A stretch of 57,570 nt of DNA from a virus (Duplodnaviria > Caudoviricetes). The position numbers and the translations under genes are program-made. Location of the stretch: the IMG/VR virus record IMGVR_UViG_3300023214_000231, positions 1-57,570 of that record; one strand, 5' to 3'. Shown in pieces: positions 27,258-36,604 of the stretch (within the stretch, counting starts at the first letter, position 1; each line of letters starts with the position of its first letter). A model generated the notes under the pieces. It searched no databases, was not told where the DNA came from, and worked only from the letters and a program-made list of their open reading frames with translations.

Positions 27258-28853
27258 TCAGCCCCCGCCAGTCGCATCGTCGTCGGGATCATCAGGATCG
27301 CCACTAGCGGGGTCGATATCAGTCCTGGCGATCCCGCCGGCAAACGCCTCCTGTTCTTCCTCCAGCGCCCGCTCGTTGGCCTCGGCGTCGAAGTCGTCGG
27401 CGAGCACGCCGCGGCGCTGCATCTCTGCGAGGTATGTGTCGCGGGAGATGTCGCGTTGCTGGCGGGCACGGCCAAGCTCGGACAGGTCGGCAGCGACAGC
27501 CTCCTCCGGGCCAAAGTCATGGCTGACAGAGATGCCGCCGAACGCGGAGGGATCGACGCGAAGCCACGTCGCGGTGAACCACCATGCGACCGCCATCGCA
27601 TCGGAGAACCGGATCGCCATGTCCTGGAGCGGCGTAGATGCCTCCGCTGAATCCAAGGCACGCGCCGTCGCCGTCTCGTTGCCGGGCCGTTGCTTGAGGA
27701 ACTCAGCGCCGTACTCCGACATCTGCTCGACGATGTTCCGAAGGTCCTCTCGCCCGGCCGCGATTGCGTCGCCCGAGTGCTCGACGTAATACCACTTGCC
27801 GTTGGGATCCTCGACGTGCAGCGTGCTGTGCGGGCCGACCACGATCTCCTTGCCGCTTCCGATGTTGCCCGAGGCAGCGAGTATCGGGAACCGGGCGACA
27901 GTGAGCACCATCGTCTGATCCGAAGACGACTGCCAGTGCTTGATGTTGAGGTCGGCGAGATCAAGAAGCGGCGGCTTGGCGAGCATGAGCCCGTCGCGCT
28001 CAGCGTAGAACACGGCAAGGGGGATCTCGGGGAAGTCCATGATGAAGGCATCTTCGACCACCCACCGCTCGGGATCGTCCCCCTTCTTCTTGGTGTCTTC
28101 GCCGTAGACGGTCACCCTGACCCGTCCGCCATCGAACATGAACCCGACCGACTCGTCGTTCTCGGCCGTGTCAACCACGCCGCGCAGCCCGAGGGGCTCC
28201 TGGCCACGATCAAACACCGCCATCTGGCCCTTGTCGATCCGATCAAACACACGGATCCGCGTCACCTCAATTTCAGAAAAGCCGAACCGTTCCACGGTGG
28301 TTTCTCGCACACGCACATGGGTCAACACCTCGCGCCCGCCAATCACATCGGCGGACGCGAAGATGATGTTCTCGGCGGGGATAGAGACCCAGTACGGCCG
28401 AACGCCCTCGCGGGTGTCGTCCGCAAGCGTGCGGGGCTCACCGTTGTCGGTCCGAGGGAAGTCCACGAGCACAGCGCTGAACCCGCTCGCCAGCCCATCG
28501 CGGAACCAGCGTCGGGCGAACACATCGATGTTGTTGCCCTGGAGGTCGATGTCCTCAAGAATCGGCAAGGCCGCCTCGGGCGTGCTCTCGTCGATCTGCA
28601 CCGGATCGGAGAACGGGCGGCCCACGAGAGCGTCGAGCGTGATGTCCAATTGGTTGAACAGGACGTTTCGACCCAGCCGCTCTTGGTACGCGTCGGCAGA
28701 TTCCCGCGCGTGCTGCGGCAGGAATGTCGGGCCCGCGTCCCGCATCGCCTGGGTGCCGGCAAGGACAGTGTTGATCTTGTTCCACAACGGGAGCATCGCG
28801 TCGTAGGCCGAACTCGTCGTGGACGGGTTCTTTGACGGGTCGTTCTTAGACAT
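27258..28853 (-). CDS. Portal protein (DUF4055 type)
   Basis: GTQAMRDAGPTFLP..E..Y..RL, PPLLDLADLNIKHWQSSSD, YVEHSG, ETATA. Confidence 0.92.
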   Translation of the reverse strand: MSKNDPSKNPSTTSSAYDAMLPLWNKINTVLAGTQAMRDAGPTFLPQHARESADAYQERLGRNVLFNQLDITLDALVGRPFSDPVQIDESTPEAALPILEDIDLQGNNIDVFARRWFRDGLASGFSAVLVDFPRTDNGEPRTLADDTREGVRPYWVSIPAENIIFASADVIGGREVLTHVRVRETTVERFGFSEIEVTRIRVFDRIDKGQMAVFDRGQEPLGLRGVVDTAENDESVGFMFDGGRVRVTVYGEDTKKKGDDPERWVVEDAFIMDFPEIPLAVFYAERDGLMLAKPPLLDLADLNIKHWQSSSDQTMVLTVARFPILAASGNIGSGKEIVVGPHSTLHVEDPNGKWYYVEHSGDAIAAGREDLRNIVEQMSEYGAEFLKQRPGNETATARALDSAEASTPLQDMAIRFSDAMAVAWWFTATWLRVDPSAFGGISVSHDFGPEEAVAADLSELGRARQQRDISRDTYLAEMQRRGVLADDFDAEANERALEEEQEAFAGGIARTDIDPASGDPDDPDDDATGGG

Positions 28854-28856
28854 CGC

Positions 28857-30323
28857 TTATCTCCAACTGCTGACGGCCTGAACCGGACGCTTCCGCCTGA
28901 CACGATATCGTACCTCGTCCCCGATATGGTCCTCGGACTCGGTATCCACGTCGTCCATGTCCCGATCCGATCGCGGAAGGGCCGGCAGCTTCTCGATAGC
29001 GTCGATGCACCGCTCGCAGATGAACAAGCCCGGATCCTGGCGGGTGCCGTCCATTGCGGGGAAGGCACCGCGCAGCCGCTGTCGCATGAGTTCCCAGCCG
29101 GCCTTCCGAGACCCGGGTCCCTTGTCCGCCGGGATGAAGCTCACGCCCACCTTGAGGAACTCCTGGTGAACCGAGGGCCGGCCCGGGTCCGACGGGCTGA
29201 AGATCTGGCTGTCGGCCGGGCCCGGCTTCACGAGTCCCCAGAGGCCCAGGTCCTGCTCGCGGTCCTGGATGCCATCGGCGATCTGAATCGCCGTCAAGCG
29301 GAGCCCCTCATTCGAGCGGTTGGGCGAGCCATACCACTCGGCGATGCGGAACACATCGCCGGGCACGGTGCCCATGACTCGCCCCTCCCACTCGAACGGC
29401 TCGCCGCTGGACTGGGCATACCAGCCGACGCTGAACGGCTTCGCCGAACCGTGGTCATACGCACGATCGAGGCTCCACGAGCTGGGGATGGCCCGCACCG
29501 GAAAACTCGGCACGATGTGGACCGCGGGTGTCCAGAGGTCGTCGAACATGCCGCCGGCGATGATGTCCCAATCCCCATAGACCCACGCCCGAAGCTGGGC
29601 CTCGCTCGTCGCGCCCATGCGGACGCGCTCGGCATAGTTCGGGACGACGGCGAGCAACGCCCGGTTCTCGTCGAGGCTGCACCGGATCGAGATCCGGTCC
29701 TCCTCGCCAACCGCCTTGATCAACCTGCCGATCTTCTGGTCGGGCGGACCGGGAAGCTGGAACCGCTTCTTCACCCAGTTGTGCCCGGGACCCGAGGGGT
29801 TTGTGGTCGAACGGATCTTGAACGGGATCCCGGGACGCGACGCGCGGCAACAGGTGATCATCTGCTTATACAGGTAGTCATCCGGCCAGCCCGTCAACTC
29901 CTCGAAGCCGATGAACGGATACTCGTGGCCCTGGAACTTCAGGAAGTCGGCACGCCGCTCGATGGCGCGGAACATGAGCCGCTCGCCCGTTGCGAAGTGC
30001 CACTCAGGCTGCGGGCTCGATACGAACTTGGCCTCGGGGAACGTCCTGGGGATCCAGTCCAGCGACTTGGTGATCATGTCGCTGAGGTCGGGGAAGTTCC
30101 GGCGGAAGATCACGCCCTTCCAAGCGGTGCCAAAGTTGGCGCGATGGCCCTCAAATCTTACGGGGCCGACGTGCTGGCAGAAATCCAGCAACATGGCGAG
30201 CGACTTGCCGCCGCCGCGGTTGCCGTGGAGCAAGCATTCGAACTGTCTACAGAGCAAGAACAGCTTCTGAGAACCGGGCTGTGGCTGCCACGCGATGCCC
30301 CGGTTCGTCCCGGCGGCAATCAC
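28857..30323 (-). CDS. terL: Terminase large subunit
   Basis: WQPQPGSQ, Walker A GNRGGGKS, Walker B IGFEELT, TTNPSGPGHNWVK, DVDTESEDH; GTGA-coupled start at 30323. Confidence 0.93.
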   Translation of the reverse strand: MIAAGTNRGIAWQPQPGSQKLFLLCRQFECLLHGNRGGGKSLAMLLDFCQHVGPVRFEGHRANFGTAWKGVIFRRNFPDLSDMITKSLDWIPRTFPEAKFVSSPQPEWHFATGERLMFRAIERRADFLKFQGHEYPFIGFEELTGWPDDYLYKQMITCCRASRPGIPFKIRSTTNPSGPGHNWVKKRFQLPGPPDQKIGRLIKAVGEEDRISIRCSLDENRALLAVVPNYAERVRMGATSEAQLRAWVYGDWDIIAGGMFDDLWTPAVHIVPSFPVRAIPSSWSLDRAYDHGSAKPFSVGWYAQSSGEPFEWEGRVMGTVPGDVFRIAEWYGSPNRSNEGLRLTAIQIADGIQDREQDLGLWGLVKPGPADSQIFSPSDPGRPSVHQEFLKVGVSFIPADKGPGSRKAGWELMRQRLRGAFPAMDGTRQDPGLFICERCIDAIEKLPALPRSDRDMDDVDTESEDHIGDEVRYRVRRKRPVQAVSSWR

Positions 30324-30697
30324 CCGCCGCCGCCCGAGGCATGCCGGCTCTTTCGTGTGCGCTCCAGGTCCCGCATGAGGTCGCGCAGGGCCTCGACGCC
30401 GAGCCTCGCACACTCGGACGGGTCGAACGTGGACCCGAAGTTCATGGCGAGGTGCTCGGCGAGGCCGCCCGAGACGATCGCCACCTGCCGCTCAAGGTCT
30501 GGCGGAGACGACTCGATGTCCTTTGACGCAATGCGGGGACACCATCGCTGACCCAGGCGAACCGGCTTGGACCCGTAGCACTTGACGGTCCAGAACCAGG
30601 TCCCGTTGGCGCGGGCGTGCAACTCGATGCGGACCTTGGGCTCGGGCAGCGACGGCGCGAACTCGGGCTCTGGGTTCAAAACGAACTTGTCACCCAT
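30320..30697 (-). CDS. Hypothetical protein
   Basis: MGDKFVLNPE... overlaps both neighbours in operon fashion. Confidence 0.6.
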   Translation of the reverse strand: MGDKFVLNPEPEFAPSLPEPKVRIELHARANGTWFWTVKCYGSKPVRLGQRWCPRIASKDIESSPPDLERQVAIVSGGLAEHLAMNFGSTFDPSECARLGVEALRDLMRDLERTRKSRHASGGGG

Positions 30698-31298
30698 TGC
30701 ATAACTCGCTTTCCCCAAGGTCCTTCGGCGGGTCGAGTTCGAACCCGACCGCCTCCATGCCGAACCTCTCCGCCGCGCGGCAGAGGGAGCCAGACCCAGC
30801 GAACGGGTCGAGGAAAAGCCCGCCCGGCTTAATCCACGGCCCAACGGACCATGACGCGACCGAGTCGGGGAGCGTTGCTCGCCGTCCGCCCGAGACAATC
30901 GCCTCGGTGATGTGGTCGGGGATCTGCGAGGTCTCCGATCTCGCGCGGCCCTTGCGAAACACGGTGGCAATCACCGTCGAATATGCCCAGCCGCCGGGGG
31001 ACACGCGGGTCTTCACCTGCGGCTTACACCACGAGCCAACCCGGACCGGCTCCACCACACCCCGAAGGGCATCAACCATGTAGGTGACCGACCGCCAGGA
31101 CGACGCGCTGTAGACGACCATCCACGAGTCGCGGGCCAGGGCGCGAGCGCACTCGCGGAGCACGACGGCGACGGTGGAGGTGATCTGGTGCTCGGAGACC
31201 GCGCCGCCGAATGCATACGGCGGATCAGTGACGATGAGGTCCGGAGACCGATCAAACTGCGTGATGAGGTCGAGCGCGTCGCCCTTATGGATAACCAT
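30690..31298 (-). CDS. Short N6-A/N4-C DNA methyltransferase (beta class)
   Basis: IVTDPPY before FLDPFAGSGS. Confidence 0.85.
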   Translation of the reverse strand: MVIHKGDALDLITQFDRSPDLIVTDPPYAFGGAVSEHQITSTVAVVLRECARALARDSWMVVYSASSWRSVTYMVDALRGVVEPVRVGSWCKPQVKTRVSPGGWAYSTVIATVFRKGRARSETSQIPDHITEAIVSGGRRATLPDSVASWSVGPWIKPGGLFLDPFAGSGSLCRAAERFGMEAVGFELDPPKDLGESELCNG

Positions 31299-31578
31299 TC
31301 GTGCTCCCGGACGCGGACAGACCGCGGGAAACCGCAGCCTCAGTCATCAAGCATAGTAAGCCAGACCCAATCGTCACGGCATTTCCACAGCCGGATGGAT
31401 CGTCCACATACTTCCGCGGCCCCCTCGATACGGACTTGATTACCTGCCCGGACCGGTTTGTCGATTTTTTCCCCGCGACCAACTCCGCGACCACCTGTGC
31501 AAGCTCATACCCGAGCACAAAGCATTCCTGCGGCGAAAGCCCGTCAAGCCCGGAGATTTCGACCTTATCGTCCGCCAT
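31285..31578 (-). CDS. Hypothetical protein
   Basis: 97 aa, GGGAG RBS, GLSPQECFVLGYE. Confidence 0.55.
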   Translation of the reverse strand: MADDKVEISGLDGLSPQECFVLGYELAQVVAELVAGKKSTNRSGQVIKSVSRGPRKYVDDPSGCGNAVTIGSGLLCLMTEAAVSRGLSASGSTNGYP

Positions 31579-31684
31579 GTGCTACTCCCGGATGCGCGCA
31601 TAGCCGAGACCGGCAAAAATCCGCGGAGACTATGTGCGGGAGTTGGCCCGCGTTCTGCCCGCTATTTTGTCCGGCTGAGGACGG

Positions 31685-32011
31685 CTAATTCCACTCGACT
31701 AGACGGGGCACCGCCGATTCAACGAGTGCCATGTCGTCCTCCAGGGTAACGCGACGCCAGCCGGGGAGCATCTCAGGCAGGTCATCGTCGGGATCGCCAT
31801 CCAAGCCCCGCCAGACGACCTCGGCGTCCCAGGCCGCGGCAAACTCGGCATCGGCGGAGAGACAGCCCATCTCGGCCATCTGCCGCTCGCACTCATACAG
31901 GGCAAGCGACTCAAGCGGATCGGCGAACTCGGACCAGCGGTCGGAGAAGAACGCCACCGAGCCCGTGGGCGAGCACGAGACGCCGAACTGATGCCAGTGC
32001 AAACCGCTCAC
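31685..32011 (-). CDS. Hypothetical protein
   Basis: GTGA overlap with the terS stop; acidic 108-aa product. Confidence 0.55.
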   Translation of the reverse strand: MSGLHWHQFGVSCSPTGSVAFFSDRWSEFADPLESLALYECERQMAEMGCLSADAEFAAAWDAEVVWRGLDGDPDDDLPEMLPGWRRVTLEDDMALVESAVPRLVEWN

Positions 32012-32535
32012 ACCTTCACCGCCCCCATCCCGCCACGAGGCGGATCGCGATCCGGAGCCCGCTCCGGCACGATCTCCCGGCGATCGTCGGCGACCTTCCG
32101 GGGCGGATCCAGGGCCTTCCACTCCTCAAACGAATCCACCCCCATGGGCACGCCGAGCACGCCCACCATGGTGTTGACCTCGCCGGCGAGGTCCAGCCGG
32201 CGGCCGAACTTCTTCGGGGCCAGGCGCGATGCGACGATCTCAAGCCCATAGATCGCGGTCCGGCCCTGCTTGGAGTCAAGCCGGCCCGACTGCACCATCT
32301 GGACGGTCTCGATGATCCCATCGAACAAAACATCGGCCTGAACCGCGCGCGCGCGCGCGTATTGCTGACGGAACGCATCGAACTCGTCACCCTCGCCATC
32401 GGAGAGCCAGCGGTGAACCGTACGGGCCGACGGCATGTCGTCAGCGGTGCAGACCGTCCTGAGCGACCTGCCGTCGGCGATGCCGTCGAGGATTCTCTCG
32501 GCGACCTCTTCGTTGAAGGCGGATGGGCGAGCCAT
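32008..32535 (-). CDS. terS: Terminase small subunit
   Basis: MARPSAFNEEVAERILDGIADGRSLRTVC..MPS.RTVHRWL...F..QYARAR...LAPKKFG (Sf6 gp1-like). Confidence 0.9.
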   Translation of the reverse strand: MARPSAFNEEVAERILDGIADGRSLRTVCTADDMPSARTVHRWLSDGEGDEFDAFRQQYARARAVQADVLFDGIIETVQMVQSGRLDSKQGRTAIYGLEIVASRLAPKKFGRRLDLAGEVNTMVGVLGVPMGVDSFEEWKALDPPRKVADDRREIVPERAPDRDPPRGGMGAVKV

Positions 32536-33017
32536 TACCCAAGACCCTCCAAGCGGAGCGTGTTGGCGTCCTCATTGCGCACCAGATGGGCGGTACGCGA
32601 GTCCGGTGGCACGACATACCGCTTGAGAAACGCCCATGGCGGGGCATCGCCCCGAGCAACAGCGAGCAGGACGTCCGCGTGACACGCGTCGCCAGGTCTG
32701 CACCAACAACAAAGGTCTTTGCCGTGAAGCTCATCGGCCGCGCGGACTGATAAGGCCCGCCCGGACGGGGTGGCCCGGAGCCACCGATGAAAATACCAGA
32801 CAGAAGCCTGTCGAGCCAGGGCATGGCTCGAATATGATCTTCCGGTCCTCTCCTTTGTTCGCGCGCGACAGACATACCAGGATCTGGCCTCCGGACACAG
32901 CACGGCCTGCCAAGGATTACCCCAGCGAGAGGTGCAATCGACGATCACAGAGCCGTTCGGCTTCTTCCAGCCGCCCGCGCGGGAGCGACGGATCCGGCGT
33001 GGCAGCTTTCCGTGCAT
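32535..33017 (-). CDS. DUF4326 family protein
   Basis: SRWGNPW, ELHGKDLCCWC..CHADVL. Confidence 0.85.
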   Translation of the reverse strand: MHGKLPRRIRRSRAGGWKKPNGSVIVDCTSRWGNPWQAVLCPEARSWYVCRARTKERTGRSYSSHALARQASVWYFHRWLRATPSGRALSVRAADELHGKDLCCWCRPGDACHADVLLAVARGDAPPWAFLKRYVVPPDSRTAHLVRNEDANTLRLEGLG

Positions 33018-33020
33018 GGC

Positions 33021-33626
33021 TCACACCGATCCCCTGGCAGGCTGAGACCGCTTCCAATCCGCATAGAGCTCGTCCAGAACGTACTGGCACGCCTTCTGCT
33101 GGTGCCGGCCCATCCACTCGAGGATGGTCAGCCCGTTGCAGTGGTCGAACTCGTGCTGCCAGACCCGAGCGAGCAACCCCTGGGCCCGCTGGCGGTGGTA
33201 GTTGCCATCCAAGCCCTGGAACGCCAGCGTCACAGTGTCATGCCGCAGGATCGGCGCCTGGACGCCAGGGAAGCTCAGGCACCCCTCCTGAAGCGTTCGC
33301 TTCCCAAGCGGGTGCTGAAGCGAAGGATTGAGATACACCTCGACGCCATCGGTAGTCCGCCGGACGCCCTCGACGTCGCGGTCGTCTTTCAGGGCCCGGC
33401 CGACGCGGGCGACGAACAGGCGGAGCGGGACACCGACCTGGATTGCGGCGATTCCCAGGCCCTCGTGCTCGTCCATGATCTCGGTCATTCGGCCAACCAG
33501 GGGCGTGATCTGCTCGCGAAGCTCGGCAGTCACCGGCATAGATCGCACCCGGAGGATCGGATCCGGATACAAGCGGAGCCGCAGCGAGGCCGGGTCCGGT
33601 ATCGAAAACTCATGCCGTAGCGTCAC
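33021..33626 (-). CDS. def: Peptide deformylase
   Basis: All three motifs present: GLGIAAIQVG, EGCLS, HEFDH; also YPDPILR. Confidence 0.93.
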   Translation of the reverse strand: MTLRHEFSIPDPASLRLRLYPDPILRVRSMPVTAELREQITPLVGRMTEIMDEHEGLGIAAIQVGVPLRLFVARVGRALKDDRDVEGVRRTTDGVEVYLNPSLQHPLGKRTLQEGCLSFPGVQAPILRHDTVTLAFQGLDGNYHRQRAQGLLARVWQHEFDHCNGLTILEWMGRHQQKACQYVLDELYADWKRSQPARGSV

Positions 33627-35005
33627 GGTGAACCCCCCGAGGATGAGCCAGACTTCGGCGAGGGTTCCGGGGGTTGGGAGGGCTTTGTGCGGTGTTCGGC
33701 AGACTGGTCGGGGCTGATGCGCTCCGATGCGACCGATGCAAATGGCTTGCCGGACGACTCAAGCACCGCCTCCTGGCGGGTGTAGTTCTGCCAGCGACGG
33801 ACGATCAGATCGACGTACCTCGGGTCAAGCTCCAGGGCGAGGCAGACCCGGCCCGTTCGCTGGCTCGCGATGATCGTCGTGCTCGAGCCGCAGAACGGCT
33901 CATAGACCGCCTGCCCGAGGCTGGAGTTGTTCCGTATCGGACGCTCCATGCACTCGACCGGCTTCTGGGTCCCGTGACCGGTGTCGTTCGCTCGGTGGGC
34001 GATGAACCACACCGTCGACTGCTTCCGGTCGCCACCCCAGCCGCCAGACTCGCCGGCACGAACGACGTACTGCGCGGTCTCGTGCCCATACTCGGATTCC
34101 CGAGCGGCGTCGAAGCACGGCTCGTGCTGAACGTGGTAGTGCCCCCGAGAGATGGCGAAGCGGTTCTTCACCCAGACGATCTGCGAGCGGATCTGGAACC
34201 CAGTCGCGGCGAGCGACTCGGCGACGATGTGGGCCATGGTGCCGGCGTGCCAGACGTAGGCGACCGCGCCGGGGAACAGCTCCCACGCCTCACGCCAGTC
34301 CGCCCGGTCGTCGTTCATGACCTTGCCCTCGGCGACCTGCCCCTTCTTCGCCAGGCCCGAGCGGACGCGATGTGAGGGGTCGTAGTTCACGCCGTAGGGC
34401 GGATCAGTCACCATGAGCGGAGGGCGAGCGCCACCTAAGCAGCGATCGACAAACTCGGGGACCGTGGCGTCCCCGCAGACGAGGCGGTGAGGGCCCAGCA
34501 ACCAACAATCGCCCATGCGGGAGATTGCGTCGGGCCCTAGCGGGGGCGTCTCGTCGGGGTCCGTGTGGCCCTCCTGGCCGGCGTGAGCCAACAGCGAGGA
34601 AAGCTCCTCCTGGCTGAAGCCGGTGAGCCCGAGATCGAAGCCGGCATCCTTGAGCGCCCACAACTCGCCGGCGAGAACCTCCTCGTCCCAGCCGGCGTTC
34701 TCAGCGAGCTTGTTGTCGGCCAGGACGTACGCGCGGACCTGCTCCTCGGTGAGGTCGCCGAGCATGATGGTCGGCACCTCTTCGAGGCCGATCCGCTTGG
34801 CGGCCTCGAGGCGAGCATGGCCGGCGACGATCGTCAGATCGTCCTGCACGAGGATGGGATTGGTCCACCCGTACTCGCGGATGGACTCGACGACCTGAGC
34901 GATCTGCTCATCCGAGTGCGTACGGGCGTTGAGCCCATACGGATGAACATCGCCGATCGGTCGGTAGATCACCTCCAACCGCGGTGAAGCGGACGAATCT
35001 GTCAT
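33623..35005 (-). CDS. ParB-like N-terminal domain fused to an adenine/N4-C DNA methyltransferase
   Basis: NARTHSDEQI..SIREYGWTNPILV..IVAGHARL; TDPPY; HGTQKPVE; YEPFCGSST. Confidence 0.92.
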   Translation of the reverse strand: MTDSSASPRLEVIYRPIGDVHPYGLNARTHSDEQIAQVVESIREYGWTNPILVQDDLTIVAGHARLEAAKRIGLEEVPTIMLGDLTEEQVRAYVLADNKLAENAGWDEEVLAGELWALKDAGFDLGLTGFSQEELSSLLAHAGQEGHTDPDETPPLGPDAISRMGDCWLLGPHRLVCGDATVPEFVDRCLGGARPPLMVTDPPYGVNYDPSHRVRSGLAKKGQVAEGKVMNDDRADWREAWELFPGAVAYVWHAGTMAHIVAESLAATGFQIRSQIVWVKNRFAISRGHYHVQHEPCFDAARESEYGHETAQYVVRAGESGGWGGDRKQSTVWFIAHRANDTGHGTQKPVECMERPIRNNSSLGQAVYEPFCGSSTTIIASQRTGRVCLALELDPRYVDLIVRRWQNYTRQEAVLESSGKPFASVASERISPDQSAEHRTKPSQPPEPSPKSGSSSGGSP

Positions 35006-35059
35006 GTTGCACCTCCGGCGTCACGCCTGCCCAAGCCGATCACCGGCAAGGGGTTGTGC

Positions 35060-35509
35060 TCACTCAGCATACACGCCCGGGGCGGGCGAGCGGGGAGCGC
35101 GCACGATCTCCGCCTTGCCGACCGCAGACTTCATCATTTCGAGCCACGCGAGGGTGGCGGCGCGATCAGACTCCGAGACGAACCCGAACGGGATCGTGGT
35201 GACGGCCTCGCCACGGGAAAGCGTGACACTGGATTCCATCTTGAGAATCCCTGTCCGGACCGGATGTTTTTCACGATCAGTCGGAAGGTCGCCCGTCGCG
35301 TCCTTGTGAACCAGATACACCTGCCCGCCGGGCTTCGCCCTCGCATACGCGACGCTCCCACGAGAAGCGGACTCGCCAACATCCTCGCATGCACTTTTCC
35401 AGAGCGTCAGAACGGTCTCATCATCGGCGTTTCGGGGCGCATCATCCTCACCGAAGGCAGGCACGTCGCACCACTCGCCGACTTGGGAGGACTGAATAAA
35501 ACCCAGCAC
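35060..35509 (-). CDS. Hypothetical protein, start uncertain
   Basis: 149-aa ORF filling the operon gap; no clear RBS. Confidence 0.45.
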   Translation of the reverse strand: MLGFIQSSQVGEWCDVPAFGEDDAPRNADDETVLTLWKSACEDVGESASRGSVAYARAKPGGQVYLVHKDATGDLPTDREKHPVRTGILKMESSVTLSRGEAVTTIPFGFVSESDRAATLAWLEMMKSAVGKAEIVRAPRSPAPGVYAE

Positions 35510-35591
35510 CCAACCCGTCGCTCCGTCATCGAATCCATAGCCATTTCCTTCCAGACATCAGCATGCCGCCGGGAACTCACCCAGCAACCAC

Positions 35592-36053
35592 CTACTCGGG
35601 CATCATCAAGACGCCATTAGCGGCGACCACGATCCGATCCTCGAAGATCGAGGCGGACGATCGAATCTCGGCCATGATCTGCTTGATGGTCGCCCAGGGC
35701 ACCACCTGCTTATCGCCGTTCTTGTCCTCGAATGAGAACTCGCCGGCGTAGGCGAAACGGGTTGTCGCGCTCGGCGAACACGCGGCGTGCAGGGCGACGT
35801 ACTTTTTCGCTGGCTCGCAAGCCACAACGAGCTTTGCGCCCTGCCCAGCAACACCCATCTCAAGCATCTGGCCGGACTCATCTCTGCGAAGGCCACATTT
35901 TTCATCGACGAAAACCGGGCGGTCCTCTCGCGGATGAATCCAGCACGTTGCCGACTGGGCGCTGAGATCCATATCGACGGACAAGACCGGCCTGCCCTCA
36001 AACTCGACGCCGGTCGCAAAGAACTCGTTGGCGTTCTTGAGCGTGATGATCAC
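35592..36053 (-). CDS. Hypothetical protein
   Basis: GTGA-coupled start MIITLKNANEFF; C-terminal FAYAGEFSF..VPWATIKQIM motif. Confidence 0.6.
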   Translation of the reverse strand: MIITLKNANEFFATGVEFEGRPVLSVDMDLSAQSATCWIHPREDRPVFVDEKCGLRRDESGQMLEMGVAGQGAKLVVACEPAKKYVALHAACSPSATTRFAYAGEFSFEDKNGDKQVVPWATIKQIMAEIRSSASIFEDRIVVAANGVLMMPE

Positions 36054-36319
36054 GGCTTCCACCACACACAGACATCCCCGAGCACAAACCACGAGACGCC
36101 GCTCCACTTGTCGTGCTCGAACTCCAAAACGGATTCGCCCGAAGCGAATACGAAGGCGCGGCCCGGGATCTTCGTCATCGGCGAGGCATAAACCGACGCG
36201 GACGGAAGCGCGGACCAGGGCCGGCTGGTCCTGACCGCCTTCGGGTTGATCGGCAGGCACGCGATGAGGCCGTTGCCCGAAGGCACAAGCAAGGCGAGAG
36301 ACGGGCTGTCGGCGGGCAT
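36050..36319 (-). CDS. Hypothetical protein
   Basis: GGAGG RBS then MPADSPSLALL..., immediately after the RNA locus. Confidence 0.6.
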   Translation of the reverse strand: MPADSPSLALLVPSGNGLIACLPINPKAVRTSRPWSALPSASVYASPMTKIPGRAFVFASGESVLEFEHDKWSGVSWFVLGDVCVWWKP

Positions 36320-36340
36320 GAGACCTCCAGGGATGGGAAA

Positions 36341-36600
36341 TAGCGGGCACAGGATTCGAACCTGCGGCGGCGGCATTGCCGGCTGCCCGAAGGCAGCGAG
36401 CGGAGTTGGTTCAATGCCCGGACACCGGTTACCCAGCGCCAGAGCCCTCGGAGCGCCCAAACCACCGCACGACCTAGGGCTACCCAGGCGGGACGCGGTC
36501 ACCTCGGCGGCAAACCTTGTCGCCCGAAGGCGAAGCCCGAGGCCGGCGGTTAGGCCGGGCTCGAGACGGAAGAGTCGGTGCCTGCGAACGGCACCACCGG
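36341..36600 (-). ncRNA. Candidate structured ncRNA ending in a tRNA-type T-arm
   Basis: Two C(UUCG)G hairpins, further stems, and GCAGG-TTCGAAT-CCTGT followed by GCCCGCTA; no complete acceptor partner found. Confidence 0.5.
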
Positions 36601-36604
36601 TGAA

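Noticed and set aside
28926-30551. Long plus-strand ORFs (e.g. 541 aa here, 8678-9940, 20927-22309, 49482-50960)
   Set aside because: Antisense shadows of well-supported minus-strand genes, expected in high-GC DNA; no motifs or RBS
33623-35005. ParABS partition system
   Set aside because: ParB-like domain fused to an MTase next to terminase is a common phage arrangement; no ParA and no ParB HTH evident
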